A stretch of DNA of 64,000 nt, taken from IMG/VR virus record IMGVR_UViG_3300045988_166360, positions 1 to 64,000 of that record; one strand, given 5' to 3'. Made by a program: the position numbers and the translations under genes. The DNA is from a virus. The notes beneath the pieces are model-generated. The model did no database searches, was not told the DNA's origin, and saw only the letters and a list, made by a program, of their open reading frames with translations. Below, piece after piece: positions 38,115 to 48,668 of this stretch (the first letter of the stretch is position 1; the number at the start of each line of letters is the position of its first letter).

Positions 38115-40394
38115 ATGCCTAAACCAGATTCCATTGCCCCGGTAGGGCCCGGAGTTATCGGCGTGGTTGACGAGAATGGCAACCTGCTGAAACGGCGGGT
38201 GCCTACCGCCGACCAGGCACGAGCTCTTTTATATTTCTGCCTCACCGCGGACCAGTTGTCCATGCAGGCCCGCACGGAAGCTCAGGCTGAACTTGACGGA
38301 CAACGCCCGTATGACCCGATGGCTTTGTCCGCAGTAGGACAGAACTACCGGACCAATTACAATTTCCGCACCATGCGGATTATCCGGGAAAAAGTGGCGG
38401 CCAGTTTGAGAGAGGTGTGGGACAGCCCTGAATTCATTTCAGTGCAAACCCGCTTCGGAGACGACTCCCGCAGACCTATTTATTCGGATATTCTGTCTTC
38501 CGAACTCACCCAGATGGTGAAGTCCATGCCGGGGTTCACCTCTATTATTACCGACCTCCTGCATTATTTTTCTTTCCATGGTTTCGGTCTTGCCTACTTT
38601 GAGGACCCCGACTCCTGGTTCTTTAAGGCAGGAAGCTTGAATGAATTTGCTTTTGAGCGCAAGGTTAAACCGGATAGCAGTACGCTGGAAGTGGTATTCG
38701 CCACGCGAACTCTGCGGGCTCATGAACTTTATGAGTATATCCGTGACCCCCAGACTGCGCGTGAAGCGGGCTGGGATGTGGAGGAAGTAATGAAAGTTCT
38801 TCGTACCGCCAGTTATAACCAGACTGTTCAGCCTCAGCGTATCTCCTGGGAAACGGAGAAGATGCTCAAGAACGGCGATTATACTTTGACGGATATTATT
38901 GGAACCAGCATTCCAATTTCCCACATGTGGGTTCGTGAATTCGACGGCACTGTCACCCATTCCATTTTCTTTGTCAACGGGAATGGCGGCAATGGCCAGG
39001 ATGTGAAGAGGGACCAGAACCGGGATGTGGATGACACCAAGTTCCTTTACACAAAGTATGGAGCTTATGACTCCATGGAACAGGCGTTTGTTCTTTTCCC
39101 CCTGGGCAGTAGCACCAACGGGGACATCCATGCTTTGCGCGGGTATGGGAACGACCTTCTTCCCCACACCAGAGTTATCGACAAACTGGTGAACCAGGCG
39201 ACGGATGCCGCTTTTCTGGGTATGTCTTTGAATGTGATGGCTTCCAATGAGACTTCCCGTCTCTCTGCCATGGTCAATCCGATGGGGGCTTACACTATCC
39301 TGGACCCCACGGTACAGTTGCAGACCAATGCCACGCCCAATCTGCAACAGGTTGCTTCCCTCCCCTTGACTTTGTTGCAAAGCCAGATTAGGGAACGTCT
39401 GGGTGAAATAGATGTCAACGCGGACGGAGGAATGGGCCGGACCCAACTGGAAGCGGAAATTCGAATGGGCAACGCAAGCAAGGTCAGCAACAATATCATG
39501 GACATGCTTTTGGAGCACTTGTCCACCCTTCTCCGTGAAATCGTTCGCCGCATTATCCGCAAGGACTATGACGAGGGGATTGCCGGGGCTAAGGAACGCC
39601 AGCGCATGATTGACCGCCTTGAGGAAGCCGGGGTTCCCGTGGAAGCCCTGTTTGCCATTGACCTGGATAGCGTTACAGCCCTGCCTCCCATTGGCGCGGG
39701 CAGTAAGGTAAGACGGACTCTGGCTCTCCGGCAGTGCCTCAACTATATGCAGTTCATGCCCCGGGCTGGGCAGGAACGTCTGATTCGTATGGCCATTGCC
39801 AACGAAACGAACGGACGCACGGCCCGCCTTCTCATGCCATTGAAGGATGACCCCAACCCCTCTGAAACGATTGCCGCATCCATTGCTTCCGTACAGAACA
39901 ATCAGCTTATGGCGGGACAGGAAGTTCCGGTTATGCCGAACGAAGACCACCGGACGCATGCCGAAGTGCATGCCAACTTTATTCTGTCTCTGGTCCCCGA
40001 TGCCCAGCTTACTCCTGAAGAAATGGCTCAACTTGCTCAGCCTCTGCAACTTTTGGTAAGCCAACTTGCTGGTCATATGGATTATCTACAGGCCAGTAAG
40101 GAAGTCGTTCCCGAATTTGAACAGTATGAAAAACTGGTCAAACGGTGTAACGAAATCATTACCAATGGCATGCGGGCCCTCGAAGCCATGCAGGCCAGGC
40201 AGAATGAAGAGCAGGGCCAGGAAGAAGGGCCTACGCCGGAACAAATGAAAGCCCAGGCCGACATCGAATTGAAGCGCATGAAGACGGAAGCGGAAATTAA
40301 ACTGGCTCAAGAAAAACAACAGGCAGAAATAGCGGCCAAGACTGTTGAAGCAAACGCCAAGGCCGCGGCAAACCTGGGAGGTACCAATGTCTAA
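38115..40394 (+). CDS. Putative portal protein (759 aa)
   Basis: Size and position between terL and scaffold/capsid genes; no motif-level proof. Confidence 0.5.
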   Translation: MPKPDSIAPVGPGVIGVVDENGNLLKRRVPTADQARALLYFCLTADQLSMQARTEAQAELDGQRPYDPMALSAVGQNYRTNYNFRTMRIIREKVAASLREVWDSPEFISVQTRFGDDSRRPIYSDILSSELTQMVKSMPGFTSIITDLLHYFSFHGFGLAYFEDPDSWFFKAGSLNEFAFERKVKPDSSTLEVVFATRTLRAHELYEYIRDPQTAREAGWDVEEVMKVLRTASYNQTVQPQRISWETEKMLKNGDYTLTDIIGTSIPISHMWVREFDGTVTHSIFFVNGNGGNGQDVKRDQNRDVDDTKFLYTKYGAYDSMEQAFVLFPLGSSTNGDIHALRGYGNDLLPHTRVIDKLVNQATDAAFLGMSLNVMASNETSRLSAMVNPMGAYTILDPTVQLQTNATPNLQQVASLPLTLLQSQIRERLGEIDVNADGGMGRTQLEAEIRMGNASKVSNNIMDMLLEHLSTLLREIVRRIIRKDYDEGIAGAKERQRMIDRLEEAGVPVEALFAIDLDSVTALPPIGAGSKVRRTLALRQCLNYMQFMPRAGQERLIRMAIANETNGRTARLLMPLKDDPNPSETIAASIASVQNNQLMAGQEVPVMPNEDHRTHAEVHANFILSLVPDAQLTPEEMAQLAQPLQLLVSQLAGHMDYLQASKEVVPEFEQYEKLVKRCNEIITNGMRALEAMQARQNEEQGQEEGPTPEQMKAQADIELKRMKTEAEIKLAQEKQQAEIAAKTVEANAKAAANLGGTNV

Positions 40395-40707
40395 TATCTG
40401 GCCCACCTATACTGAGGAAGCGTTCAGGACCAACCCGAAAGCCCAGGGTTCCCTGTTCGAATTGTTGCAGGACCCTGTGATGCAGGAGGCCCTTCTTATT
40501 ATCCAGTCTAAATTGAATGCGTCCCTTCCATCCACTGTAGAAGCGGCGGCTCTTGCCGGAGCCTATGCCGCGGGAGCTCAGGCCGTAATCTCCGGCCTCC
40601 ATAGACTGGCGCAACCCATGGAATCCACGGAAGCCCCGGTAGCCATGGAACCCGTGGCTACCGTGGAACGGAACGCCTGGATTAACTCACTTAAACCTAT
40701 TATCTAA
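40387..40707 (+). CDS. Hypothetical small protein (106 aa)
   Basis: ORF trimmed to ATG overlapping portal stop. Confidence 0.5.
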   Translation: MSNIWPTYTEEAFRTNPKAQGSLFELLQDPVMQEALLIIQSKLNASLPSTVEAAALAGAYAAGAQAVISGLHRLAQPMESTEAPVAMEPVATVERNAWINSLKPII

Positions 40708-40715
40708 ACTAATTT

Positions 40716-41924
40716 ATGTCAGACACTCAAAATCCCGCTATTGCGGAGGCCCCCGTGCCCAGGGCTATCGACTCAGCTGTTCGAGGAATCTTTGACCAGG
40801 TATTCAATACGCCTCCGGGTACTTCGGATTCTCCGGTACCCCCGGCCCCGGATGGGACGGTCATCCTTTCAGAGCAACCCCGAATTGCCCAGGAAGAAGT
40901 CCAACCCACCCCCGCTGTAGAAGAAATTAAAAATCCTAACGGAAATCCTGTTGAAGAAGTTAAGCCGGAAGAACCGGAAGAGGAAGAAACGGAGGAAGAA
41001 GAACAGGAGGAAACGGAAGAAGAGTCAGAAGAACAAAAGGGGAAGGACGAGGAAGAAACAACTCCCCCGGAAAGGAAAGCAAGCAAAGCCGCCAGCAAGG
41101 CTTTTGCCGAGATGCGGGTCCAGCTGAAAGGAGCCAAGAAGGAAATCCAGGAACTGAGACAGCAACTCGAAGAAGCTAAGTCCATCACCCCTGACAGCGA
41201 AGAACTGGAAGCTCTCCGCGAAATTGTCAAGGGTTATGCCTTTACCGCTACGGAGGAATATAAGACTCAGGTCACTAATCCGTACAATAAAGCCAATGCC
41301 CGGATTGGCGAACTGGCGCAAAGCGAAGGTGTCACTGTCGATATGGACCGGATGAATGAGGTTGCTCTTAATTCGGAACTGGATGCCTTCGATAAAGAAG
41401 AAGCCTATGAAACTATCGGAACGGATGCCGGACTGAGCGGGGCTTCCCTTTCCCGTTTTGTCCGCATGGCCAAAATCCGGGATGCCGCTATTGAAGCGCA
41501 CGGCAAGTTCCAGGCAGATGCTGACAAGTATGTGGAGGAACTGAAAGCCAGCAGGGGTAAAACCGCAGAAGGTGGCAAGTATGAAGTCAATCTTGACAAT
41601 TATACGTTGGAAGCCATGCGGGCGAGAGCCAAAGAGCTGGGGATTAACTCCGAAATTACAGAGGACAATCTCAAGCATGCACGCCATTTAGCCCACAAAA
41701 TCAACAACAGTTCTTTTATGGACGGAGCCCTTGCGGAAATCATGCAGAAGGAACTGCTGGAAGCTCGCGGACAGATTGAAGCCCTGGAAGCCAAGGTGAA
41801 AAAGCTTCGCAATGCCCGCCCCACTGCTGGGAAAGGAAGCCCTGAACCTCCTGAAAATCCCAAACCTACGGGGCCAGTAAGTGTGAATGATGTTATTCAC
41901 AGTGCTTTTGACTTGCTTCATTAA
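40716..41924 (+). CDS. Putative scaffolding protein (Glu-rich, coiled-coil, 402 aa)
   Basis: Acidic low-complexity stretch EEEETEEEEQEETEEESEE, heptad-like regions, position before capsid gene. Confidence 0.45.
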   Translation: MSDTQNPAIAEAPVPRAIDSAVRGIFDQVFNTPPGTSDSPVPPAPDGTVILSEQPRIAQEEVQPTPAVEEIKNPNGNPVEEVKPEEPEEEETEEEEQEETEEESEEQKGKDEEETTPPERKASKAASKAFAEMRVQLKGAKKEIQELRQQLEEAKSITPDSEELEALREIVKGYAFTATEEYKTQVTNPYNKANARIGELAQSEGVTVDMDRMNEVALNSELDAFDKEEAYETIGTDAGLSGASLSRFVRMAKIRDAAIEAHGKFQADADKYVEELKASRGKTAEGGKYEVNLDNYTLEAMRARAKELGINSEITEDNLKHARHLAHKINNSSFMDGALAEIMQKELLEARGQIEALEAKVKKLRNARPTAGKGSPEPPENPKPTGPVSVNDVIHSAFDLLH

Positions 41925-42138
41925 GCCTGGAATAAATATTTCTTGACATCTACCTGGAAATAATACAAAAAAGGTGCATCCAAAGCGGTGCATCTTTTTT
42001 GCTTTACCCGCGAGCAAACAAATATTTTCATTTCGCAGGCGTATCAATCCTGGTCCTGTCCCTGCCGTGACCGCCAAAGAACCCATCCAATTTATCCAAA
42101 CAAAGGAGCCGTTGCCGTAATCAACTAAAAAAAAACAA

Positions 42139-43395
42139 ATGGCTAATTCTCCTAACGACATTCAGGCCCAGGACCTCAAGTTGGTCACGATGACCAACCT
42201 TCTTAACGCCACTATGTACAGCACGTTTGCTCGTACTTCCCCCTGGAACTCCCAGATGATTATGTCTGGCGAGTGGACGGACGGCGTTGGTGACTCCGGG
42301 CGTATCGCAACCTTCGGTGCTACGGACCCCCGTCCCGAATGGATGAACATCAGTCTTAACTCTACTTCTGACCAGATTCCGATTACGGTCAATGACACGG
42401 GTGCTACTATCTACTCCTACAGCCGCTTCATTACGCGCCTGGCTTCCCAGAAACTGGACGTGCTTCGTATGCGCCAGTCCTGGCAGGCTCAGCAACAGGC
42501 CGAAAACGTGGTTAAGCAGTTGGTCCGAGCTGTGGGCAACACCTGGTCCCGTTTCTACCGTCAGAGCTACATCAACATTGCGTCCTACAAGCTTATCCCC
42601 ACGAAGGCGGGCATTGTCGGTCTCGATGTGGTAAGCAACGACATCAACTCCATGCCGGAAGTTAAGCCGGAAGCCGCGCTTAACGACAACCTGATGAACC
42701 AGGTATGGCAGGTCCTCATCAATGAAGGAGCAGGCGAATCCGCGGCTTTCATGGACCAGGGTTCCCCGGTGTTCCTGGCTTACACCTCCAAGGATACGGT
42801 TGACTTTATCCTGCGTGAAAACCAGATTATCCACAAGGACTGGAACTTTGCCGAAGCGGCTGAGGGTAAGGAAGCTACTCTGCTTCGCCAGCTTGGCGTG
42901 AAGTGGACGTACAAGGGCTTCACCTATATCGTGGACAACATGAACCCCCGCTATACTTTCGATGACACCAAGCCGACCGGGCAGAAGTGGGTGGAAGTTC
43001 CGCAGTACATCAAGTCCGAAACGGCTGTGGGTTCCCGTTATGTCCCGAACCCGGCTTACCTGAACGCGCCGTATGAGGACACCATTGTGTTCGTCAAGGA
43101 CGTGTACAAGTCTCTGGTTCCCCGTCCGGTTTCCGCTTATGGCCAGGCCAAGTGGGACCCCGTAACCTACGCGGGCGAACTGACCTGGGTAAACAACAAG
43201 GACAACAACGGCAACTATATGGGCACTCAGGGCCTGTTTATTGCCACGCTGTCTGCGGCCCCGATGCCTGTTTTCCCGCGTCACGGCGTTGTCATTCGTC
43301 ACATCCGCACGACTTCAGGTCGTGACCTGGTAGATGCGAATGGCCAGCCCATTGGTTCCCTGGTCAGCACTCCTTCCGCAGTTGCTGGTCTGTAA
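42139..43395 (+). CDS. Putative major capsid protein (418 aa)
   Basis: Position after scaffold; long A-rich leader; strong intrinsic terminator immediately downstream. Confidence 0.5.
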   Translation: MANSPNDIQAQDLKLVTMTNLLNATMYSTFARTSPWNSQMIMSGEWTDGVGDSGRIATFGATDPRPEWMNISLNSTSDQIPITVNDTGATIYSYSRFITRLASQKLDVLRMRQSWQAQQQAENVVKQLVRAVGNTWSRFYRQSYINIASYKLIPTKAGIVGLDVVSNDINSMPEVKPEAALNDNLMNQVWQVLINEGAGESAAFMDQGSPVFLAYTSKDTVDFILRENQIIHKDWNFAEAAEGKEATLLRQLGVKWTYKGFTYIVDNMNPRYTFDDTKPTGQKWVEVPQYIKSETAVGSRYVPNPAYLNAPYEDTIVFVKDVYKSLVPRPVSAYGQAKWDPVTYAGELTWVNNKDNNGNYMGTQGLFIATLSAAPMPVFPRHGVVIRHIRTTSGRDLVDANGQPIGSLVSTPSAVAGL

Positions 43396-43418
43396 TCTAA
43401 ACCCTTAACTCAGTAACC

Positions 43419-43457
43419 GGGGCGGGTGGGATATTCCTGCCCGCCCCATATTTTTTA
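43419..43457 (+). terminator. Intrinsic terminator (GGGGCGGG/CCCGCCCC stem followed by ATATTTTTT)
   Basis: Read directly. Confidence 0.7.
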
Positions 43458-43463
43458 AGTCAA

Positions 43464-43742
43464 ATGAAAATTGCTTACGACCCTGAAAAGTTCGGTGAAC
43501 TTAAACCCGGAGACGATGTGCAAGTCATGGGTGTTGGTGTAGTTTCCGACGACGGTAAATCCATTGAAATCGTTTCTATCGAAGACCAGGAACTGGATGA
43601 GAGTGACGAGGACGAGAAGGATGACGAGGAATCCGAGGAAGAAACCGAATCCCCTAAAAAAGTAACCGAAGAAGAAACGGATGAAGAACTGGCAGAAGGG
43701 GCAGACCTTGATGCCATTATTGCGTCCGGTTTTGGCAGATAA
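43464..43742 (+). CDS. Small highly acidic protein (92 aa, Asp/Glu-rich)
   Basis: ORF. Confidence 0.5.
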   Translation: MKIAYDPEKFGELKPGDDVQVMGVGVVSDDGKSIEIVSIEDQELDESDEDEKDDEESEEETESPKKVTEEETDEELAEGADLDAIIASGFGR

Positions 43743-43760
43743 ACTTTAAAGTTTTAGTAT

Positions 43761-44291
43761 ATGGCTTCCATCACTTTCCCCACGGCATCCCCGGTAACTT
43801 TGAATTCCGGGGAAGAATATACCACGGAAATCGCGGATAAGAGCGACTACATTCTTATGTTCACTTTGGACCGGGGTACTGGTTCCCTCCTGATTCAGAA
43901 CTCATCTACACTGGTAGATGGAACGGACGTGTTTAACCGCCCCCTGCTTCTGAAACAGTTGGATTCAGCCAGTGCCCCGAACATTAAAGCTACGGCTACT
44001 TTGGCCGAAGCGGTTATCACTCTTTCCGTAGTTAAAGCACCTGCTTCTGAATACGGAACTGTTTCATGCACTCCTGGCGTTAAACATCAAGTGAGCCTTT
44101 CCGTAGATTCAGCCGAACCGGAAACTTCTTCCGCGGTTATTTACTTCGGAGACTCTCTGGATGCCGCGGTTTCCTCTGTTTACGTGCATGACGGAGACCT
44201 CATTATTCCTCCTGAAGACAATGCAGTCGTTCCTCTCAACAGGGGAATTTTGCTTACCCCCCTTGTCGAACAAACTAAAGCTCAAGCTTAA
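43761..44291 (+). CDS. Hypothetical structural protein (176 aa)
   Basis: ORF. Confidence 0.55.
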   Translation: MASITFPTASPVTLNSGEEYTTEIADKSDYILMFTLDRGTGSLLIQNSSTLVDGTDVFNRPLLLKQLDSASAPNIKATATLAEAVITLSVVKAPASEYGTVSCTPGVKHQVSLSVDSAEPETSSAVIYFGDSLDAAVSSVYVHDGDLIIPPEDNAVVPLNRGILLTPLVEQTKAQA

Positions 44292-44310
44292 CCCTTAACA
44301 ATTTTAAATT

Positions 44311-45276
44311 ATGCCTGCAACCAATCTTCCCATTCCCGCAGAAAACGCCGCCATCAACCGCGGCGAACTGTACCAGCTTACGGGCCTCACCGCAAGCACC
44401 CGGTACCAGTTTGTAATCAGTTCTACTAAAAACCCTTCTGTCACAATCGCAAAAGAAGAAGCCCTGACCACTATCCAGGCACAGGGCAATTTTAACGGAA
44501 CCCCGTTTTATTTCACCACGGACGCTGGACAAACCTCAGCCTATTTGCTGGTGAACGCGCTGGAAGGAGCTGTTATTACGTTGAACATGAAGGCTGACCC
44601 CATCCCGTCTCCTTCTTCCGTTACGCTTCCCAATACGCTGGACCCCGACAAGTGGTACGTGGTGACGGGTTTGACCAACGGTGCCCTCTATGAACTGGCC
44701 GTAAGTTCCGATGCCCCGGTAACTGTGTTTTCCAAAACTGGAACCGCCCTGGCGACTGCGGTGGAAAATCCCCCGCTTATGACCCAGGCGGGCTCTATCC
44801 AGTTCCAGACTACGGGAACTTCCGCGTGGCTGTATGTGGACGGGGCTTTCCCGGCCAACGTCAGTCTGAAACCCTTCACTGGCGTGGTGGGTTCCGTGCC
44901 TCCCCAGGTTACTCAACTTAATTCGACCACCCTTACTGTAGCTCTTCAGGGCCCCGCTCCTGCCGGGTATTATTTCCTGGATGTTGTTACGGAAGCCGGG
45001 TCTAATGCCAATTCCGATGGAACCCTTACCACGAATGTAACTCCGACTTACCAGGCCTGGACAGGGTTGAAATCCGGGGCTATGCTGGAACCTTTGACTC
45101 CCGCCAACAGCAAAGTAACTGCGACGGATATTCAAGGACGCATGATGTTCAGTTCGGGAGCCGTTCTGGGTAGTGGCCAGAGCACGACGCTTGTCACTCT
45201 GACCGTACCAACCGGAGGCACTCCGCAGGAATTTAGCGGGACTGCCGTGGTCACTTTTGCCGGGAACATTTCTTAG
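44311..45276 (+). CDS. Hypothetical structural protein (321 aa), Thr/Ser-rich beta-type composition
   Basis: ORF. Confidence 0.55.
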   Translation: MPATNLPIPAENAAINRGELYQLTGLTASTRYQFVISSTKNPSVTIAKEEALTTIQAQGNFNGTPFYFTTDAGQTSAYLLVNALEGAVITLNMKADPIPSPSSVTLPNTLDPDKWYVVTGLTNGALYELAVSSDAPVTVFSKTGTALATAVENPPLMTQAGSIQFQTTGTSAWLYVDGAFPANVSLKPFTGVVGSVPPQVTQLNSTTLTVALQGPAPAGYYFLDVVTEAGSNANSDGTLTTNVTPTYQAWTGLKSGAMLEPLTPANSKVTATDIQGRMMFSSGAVLGSGQSTTLVTLTVPTGGTPQEFSGTAVVTFAGNIS

Positions 45277-45294
45277 CACCCAATCCATTTAACC

Positions 45295-45334
45295 TTGACA
45301 CACATGGACCCATTGACCTATAGTCAATGGGTCC
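45295..45334 (+). promoter_or_regulatory. Promoter TTGACA-N18-TATAGT overlapped by a perfect 12-bp inverted repeat GGACCCATTGAC-N5-GTCAATGGGTCC (operator, or a terminator hairpin for the upstream gene)
   Basis: Read directly. Confidence 0.55.
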
Positions 45335-45353
45335 GAACTTTTGAATTCTTTTT

Positions 45354-47132
45354 ATGGATATTAACGACTATATAAACGGGACTCCTATTGAGCCGGGGGT
45401 TACGTACAAACTGGGGAATGCGGATGCCAATACCGCGTGGACCCTGGTTTCCGACCGCCCGTGCCTCTTTAAGCTGTCAGCCACGGCACCCACGGATTCC
45501 GCGTGGTCCAATGTCACGGAGGAACAATATATCATTAACGGAGACGTTTCCAATCAGGTTATTGAAATCACGTCTCCCAATGGCAAGTATTTTGTCGTAG
45601 CCACCCATGACCAGGATTCCGCGGCTACCGTGGAATCCGCGTATGCTACGGTGTCTCTTAAGCCGTTGGGTTTCAATGTAGAGGACTCATATGAAACAAC
45701 TCCGTTGAATGGAGACGGCCCGGTAACTGAAGGCTTTTATAAGATTTCCAACCTTGAATCCGGCAAGCTTTATTCCTTCAACGTAACCCCCGACGCGGGC
45801 GGCCTTAAGGCTACCAATCCCTCGCCGGAGTATGCTTTCTCCCTGTTCAGCGTAGATGGAAGCAACAATCCCAAGGCATTACTGGCCGCAGGGATTACGG
45901 AATGCCAGCTGGTATTTGTAGCCACGGAATCCACGGCAGTGCTGAACCTGTCCTCCACGCTTCCCGACAGCGAGTTTTTTGTCTGCATCCGAAATTTTAG
46001 TTTAGGCTCTGGTGGTTCCGGGTTCGACCCTTCTTCTGACCAGAGTATCACCGGAGCCTGGACCTTCTCCAATATTACCGTACCTACTCCCACGGCCTCT
46101 GGACAAGCGGCTAACAAGGGTTACGTGGATTCGAACTTCGTTTCGAAGTCTAATAATGAAACTATTGCAGGTGTTAAGACTTTTTCTTCGCCGCCTGTAG
46201 TTCCCAGTCCGACTGCGAATAATCAGGCCGCGCCGAAAAGCTATGTCGATTCCGCAGTAGATTCTGTTCACGAGTTTGACCCCGCAGAAGCCCAAAACAT
46301 TACCGGGTCTTGGAGCTTTTCGGATGGATTGACCAGAACCACAAAAGCATCCCCTGCAAATACAGATATCATGAATAAGGAAATGAGTGATGCTGTATAT
46401 GTACCTAAAGCGGGGGATTCTACTGTAGAGGGCACTAAAACCTTTTCCGGTTCAATTACCTTAGCTAATGAGGCTCCACTTGTTTTAGGGACAGGAACGG
46501 AGGCCGTAAAAATTTCGGGGTCAGGAACCGGGTCTGCTGTTATTGAAGGAGGCAACGATGCAACTTTGGATGTAGCTGTTCCCGTATCATTACAGGAAAC
46601 CGTAGCGATAACCAAGTTTACTTCAGATATATCTGAAATACCTTCTGCTCAGTCTCCGGTTACTCTGTGGGAACTTCAGAGCTTGAACGACGGTTGTTTG
46701 ATAACTCAAACAATCCCTAGCGGGAATCTCACTCTTACGGCTAAGGCATTTACTTCTGGTATAACTATTCAAAATAATGGATGGGCTATTACCAATAGTG
46801 CAGGACAATGCAACGGAGGTTACATTTTTCGAGGGGGAGTTACTTTTAGTCAAACTATTACAGTAGCTCAAACTGCTACCTTTAATGGTTCGGTAACGTT
46901 AGGCAACTCAGCCAAGATTTCTGGCCCTACACTGGACGAGTCGGCTATTTCTGACACGACATATATCCCTGTAGGCAACTCTGACCAGAAATATATCAAG
47001 TATAAGGAACTGACTAAAGCAGATTACGATGCTTTAGAAACGAAAAGCAATTCAACTATTTACTTTTTAACTGACCAGACTATGTGGGCTATCGGCACCA
47101 AGGAATTGGTGACTTCCGATATGCCCGCTTGA
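45354..47132 (+). CDS. Tail fibre protein (592 aa) with phage tail-fibre repeat-like segments (KGYVDS..., KSYVDSAVDSV)
   Basis: Repeated xYVDs motifs characteristic of tail-fibre repeats; Ser/Thr/Gly-rich. Confidence 0.6.
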   Translation: MDINDYINGTPIEPGVTYKLGNADANTAWTLVSDRPCLFKLSATAPTDSAWSNVTEEQYIINGDVSNQVIEITSPNGKYFVVATHDQDSAATVESAYATVSLKPLGFNVEDSYETTPLNGDGPVTEGFYKISNLESGKLYSFNVTPDAGGLKATNPSPEYAFSLFSVDGSNNPKALLAAGITECQLVFVATESTAVLNLSSTLPDSEFFVCIRNFSLGSGGSGFDPSSDQSITGAWTFSNITVPTPTASGQAANKGYVDSNFVSKSNNETIAGVKTFSSPPVVPSPTANNQAAPKSYVDSAVDSVHEFDPAEAQNITGSWSFSDGLTRTTKASPANTDIMNKEMSDAVYVPKAGDSTVEGTKTFSGSITLANEAPLVLGTGTEAVKISGSGTGSAVIEGGNDATLDVAVPVSLQETVAITKFTSDISEIPSAQSPVTLWELQSLNDGCLITQTIPSGNLTLTAKAFTSGITIQNNGWAITNSAGQCNGGYIFRGGVTFSQTITVAQTATFNGSVTLGNSAKISGPTLDESAISDTTYIPVGNSDQKYIKYKELTKADYDALETKSNSTIYFLTDQTMWAIGTKELVTSDMPA

Positions 47133-47190
47133 TGTGGGGGGGGGAGCTATTCCCCCCCCCCCACGGAACTAATTTACTGCAACAAAAGAC

Positions 47191-47679
47191 ATGAATAACT
47201 ACACCCATTTTGCATATCTCACCAGCGCAGAAACCAAGGGTATTGTGGCCCCGGTTGTAGCGTTGCCCGCCGAAGCCCCGGAAGGGTTTTATAAGATTAA
47301 ACTTTGGTTTGGCCCTGAAACTTCTTCTAGTGCTGGTTCTCAACCCTGTGATATTTGGATTACTACTACCTCTAGTAGCGTTTCCTTGCCTGACATCTCT
47401 TCAAATACGAGCAATTTAAGTGTTTCTCTAAATAGAGCCTCCCAGCTGTTAGTGAAAGGGTTGGATGGCAATATTTATACCTGTGGTTTTACCTCAATGG
47501 AGAGGTTTACTTATCCAGCCGACTCTGAACTGATAGGGGGAGAACTGCATGTTTACCATACTGCTTCTACTCCCGGTTCGGTGAAGTTGAGCTTTAAGGC
47601 ATCCTCCGCCGAAGAAGAGCATGACGTAGTACGAGTGGCATTCTTCCAAATTAGTGGCCCTGTAAATCAATCTGAATAA
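47191..47679 (+). CDS. Hypothetical protein (162 aa)
   Basis: ORF. Confidence 0.55.
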   Translation: MNNYTHFAYLTSAETKGIVAPVVALPAEAPEGFYKIKLWFGPETSSSAGSQPCDIWITTTSSSVSLPDISSNTSNLSVSLNRASQLLVKGLDGNIYTCGFTSMERFTYPADSELIGGELHVYHTASTPGSVKLSFKASSAEEEHDVVRVAFFQISGPVNQSE

Positions 47680-47695
47680 GTTCTAAGGAGAAATC

Positions 47696-48124
47696 ATGTA
47701 TATAAAATTTATCAACCTTACGGCACAATCTACTAACGAAACAGATATTGCCACCCTACCAGCCGAAGCTCCTTCTGGATGGTATGAAGTAGAGATTCCT
47801 GGGGGAGTTGCTTCCTATGCGTACAACGTTCAAGCGCATGGTCAAGGTTCCGGTGCTTATCAAGATTCCTTTCTTTCGATTCTTTATCAAGCAAACCCCT
47901 GCCTTCTTTTGTCAGGTGCAAGTTTGAGTGTTTTGTCTTCGAACTATGACTCCGAAACCAACTCCGTTATGTGGTCTGTGCCGAACGGAACTACTTTGGT
48001 TCAAATGAGATGCTTCTTCAAGCATGTTCAAGGAACAGAAACGCCTTTGGTTTCCTTGATGGGGCTTAATGTTTTTACTTCGGGAAACTATGTGAAAACC
48101 GTTATAGTTCGTCAATTAGCTTAG
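47696..48124 (+). CDS. Hypothetical protein (142 aa)
   Basis: ORF. Confidence 0.55.
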   Translation: MYIKFINLTAQSTNETDIATLPAEAPSGWYEVEIPGGVASYAYNVQAHGQGSGAYQDSFLSILYQANPCLLLSGASLSVLSSNYDSETNSVMWSVPNGTTLVQMRCFFKHVQGTETPLVSLMGLNVFTSGNYVKTVIVRQLA

Positions 48125-48129
48125 TTTTT

Positions 48130-48486
48130 ATGAACTCTTTCATAACTATTATTTATCCAGATTTGGGTAATTTTAATCTTGCCACAATTTTTTTACTTGG
48201 AAAAGACGATTCCGGCAATGTGCTGTCTTCTTCCTGGGAGCTGTCGGACTTGTCGGAAAGTCAAAGAGAAGCTTATAACACTCTGGTGGAAGCTATCAAA
48301 TCAGAACAGGAGCTTTGGACTGTCAGCCAGGGGTGGATTTATCCCGGGTATAAAGACGGAACATTGACTGAATTGATTCTAAAATTAGAAGCCGTTTCTG
48401 ATTCAGGAAACCGTTTCCTTCTGCCCGACAGGACTACTTCGGACCCTGCCTATCTTAATTTGTACTCTTCATTTATAGCCTCATGA
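48130..48486 (+). CDS. Hypothetical protein (118 aa)
   Basis: ORF. Confidence 0.55.
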   Translation: MNSFITIIYPDLGNFNLATIFLLGKDDSGNVLSSSWELSDLSESQREAYNTLVEAIKSEQELWTVSQGWIYPGYKDGTLTELILKLEAVSDSGNRFLLPDRTTSDPAYLNLYSSFIAS

Positions 48487-48584
48487 CCTTAAAGGAATTG
48501 CTTGAACTACTTACAAACCGCCGAAAATGAAAAAAGGAAAAGGTAAAGGAAAAGGTAAAGGGTGCGGTAAATAACGCACGTCAA

Positions 48585-48614
48585 CCCCGGAGGGCATCCC
48601 CTCCGGGGTTTTTG
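48585..48614 (+). terminator. Intrinsic terminator (CCCCGGAGGG/CCCTCCGGGG followed by TTTTTG)
   Basis: Read directly. Confidence 0.7.
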
Positions 48615-48668
48615 TCATACAGAAATAATAATGTTGACAAAAAGCAATTGTCAGATAAATTGAGAGAC

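Noticed and set aside
48612-48668. TTG start codon at 48612 for ORF 48612..48995
   Set aside because: The TTG lies inside the U-tract of the terminator at 48585-48614. The in-frame ATG at 48669, preceded by a promoter, is the plausible start.
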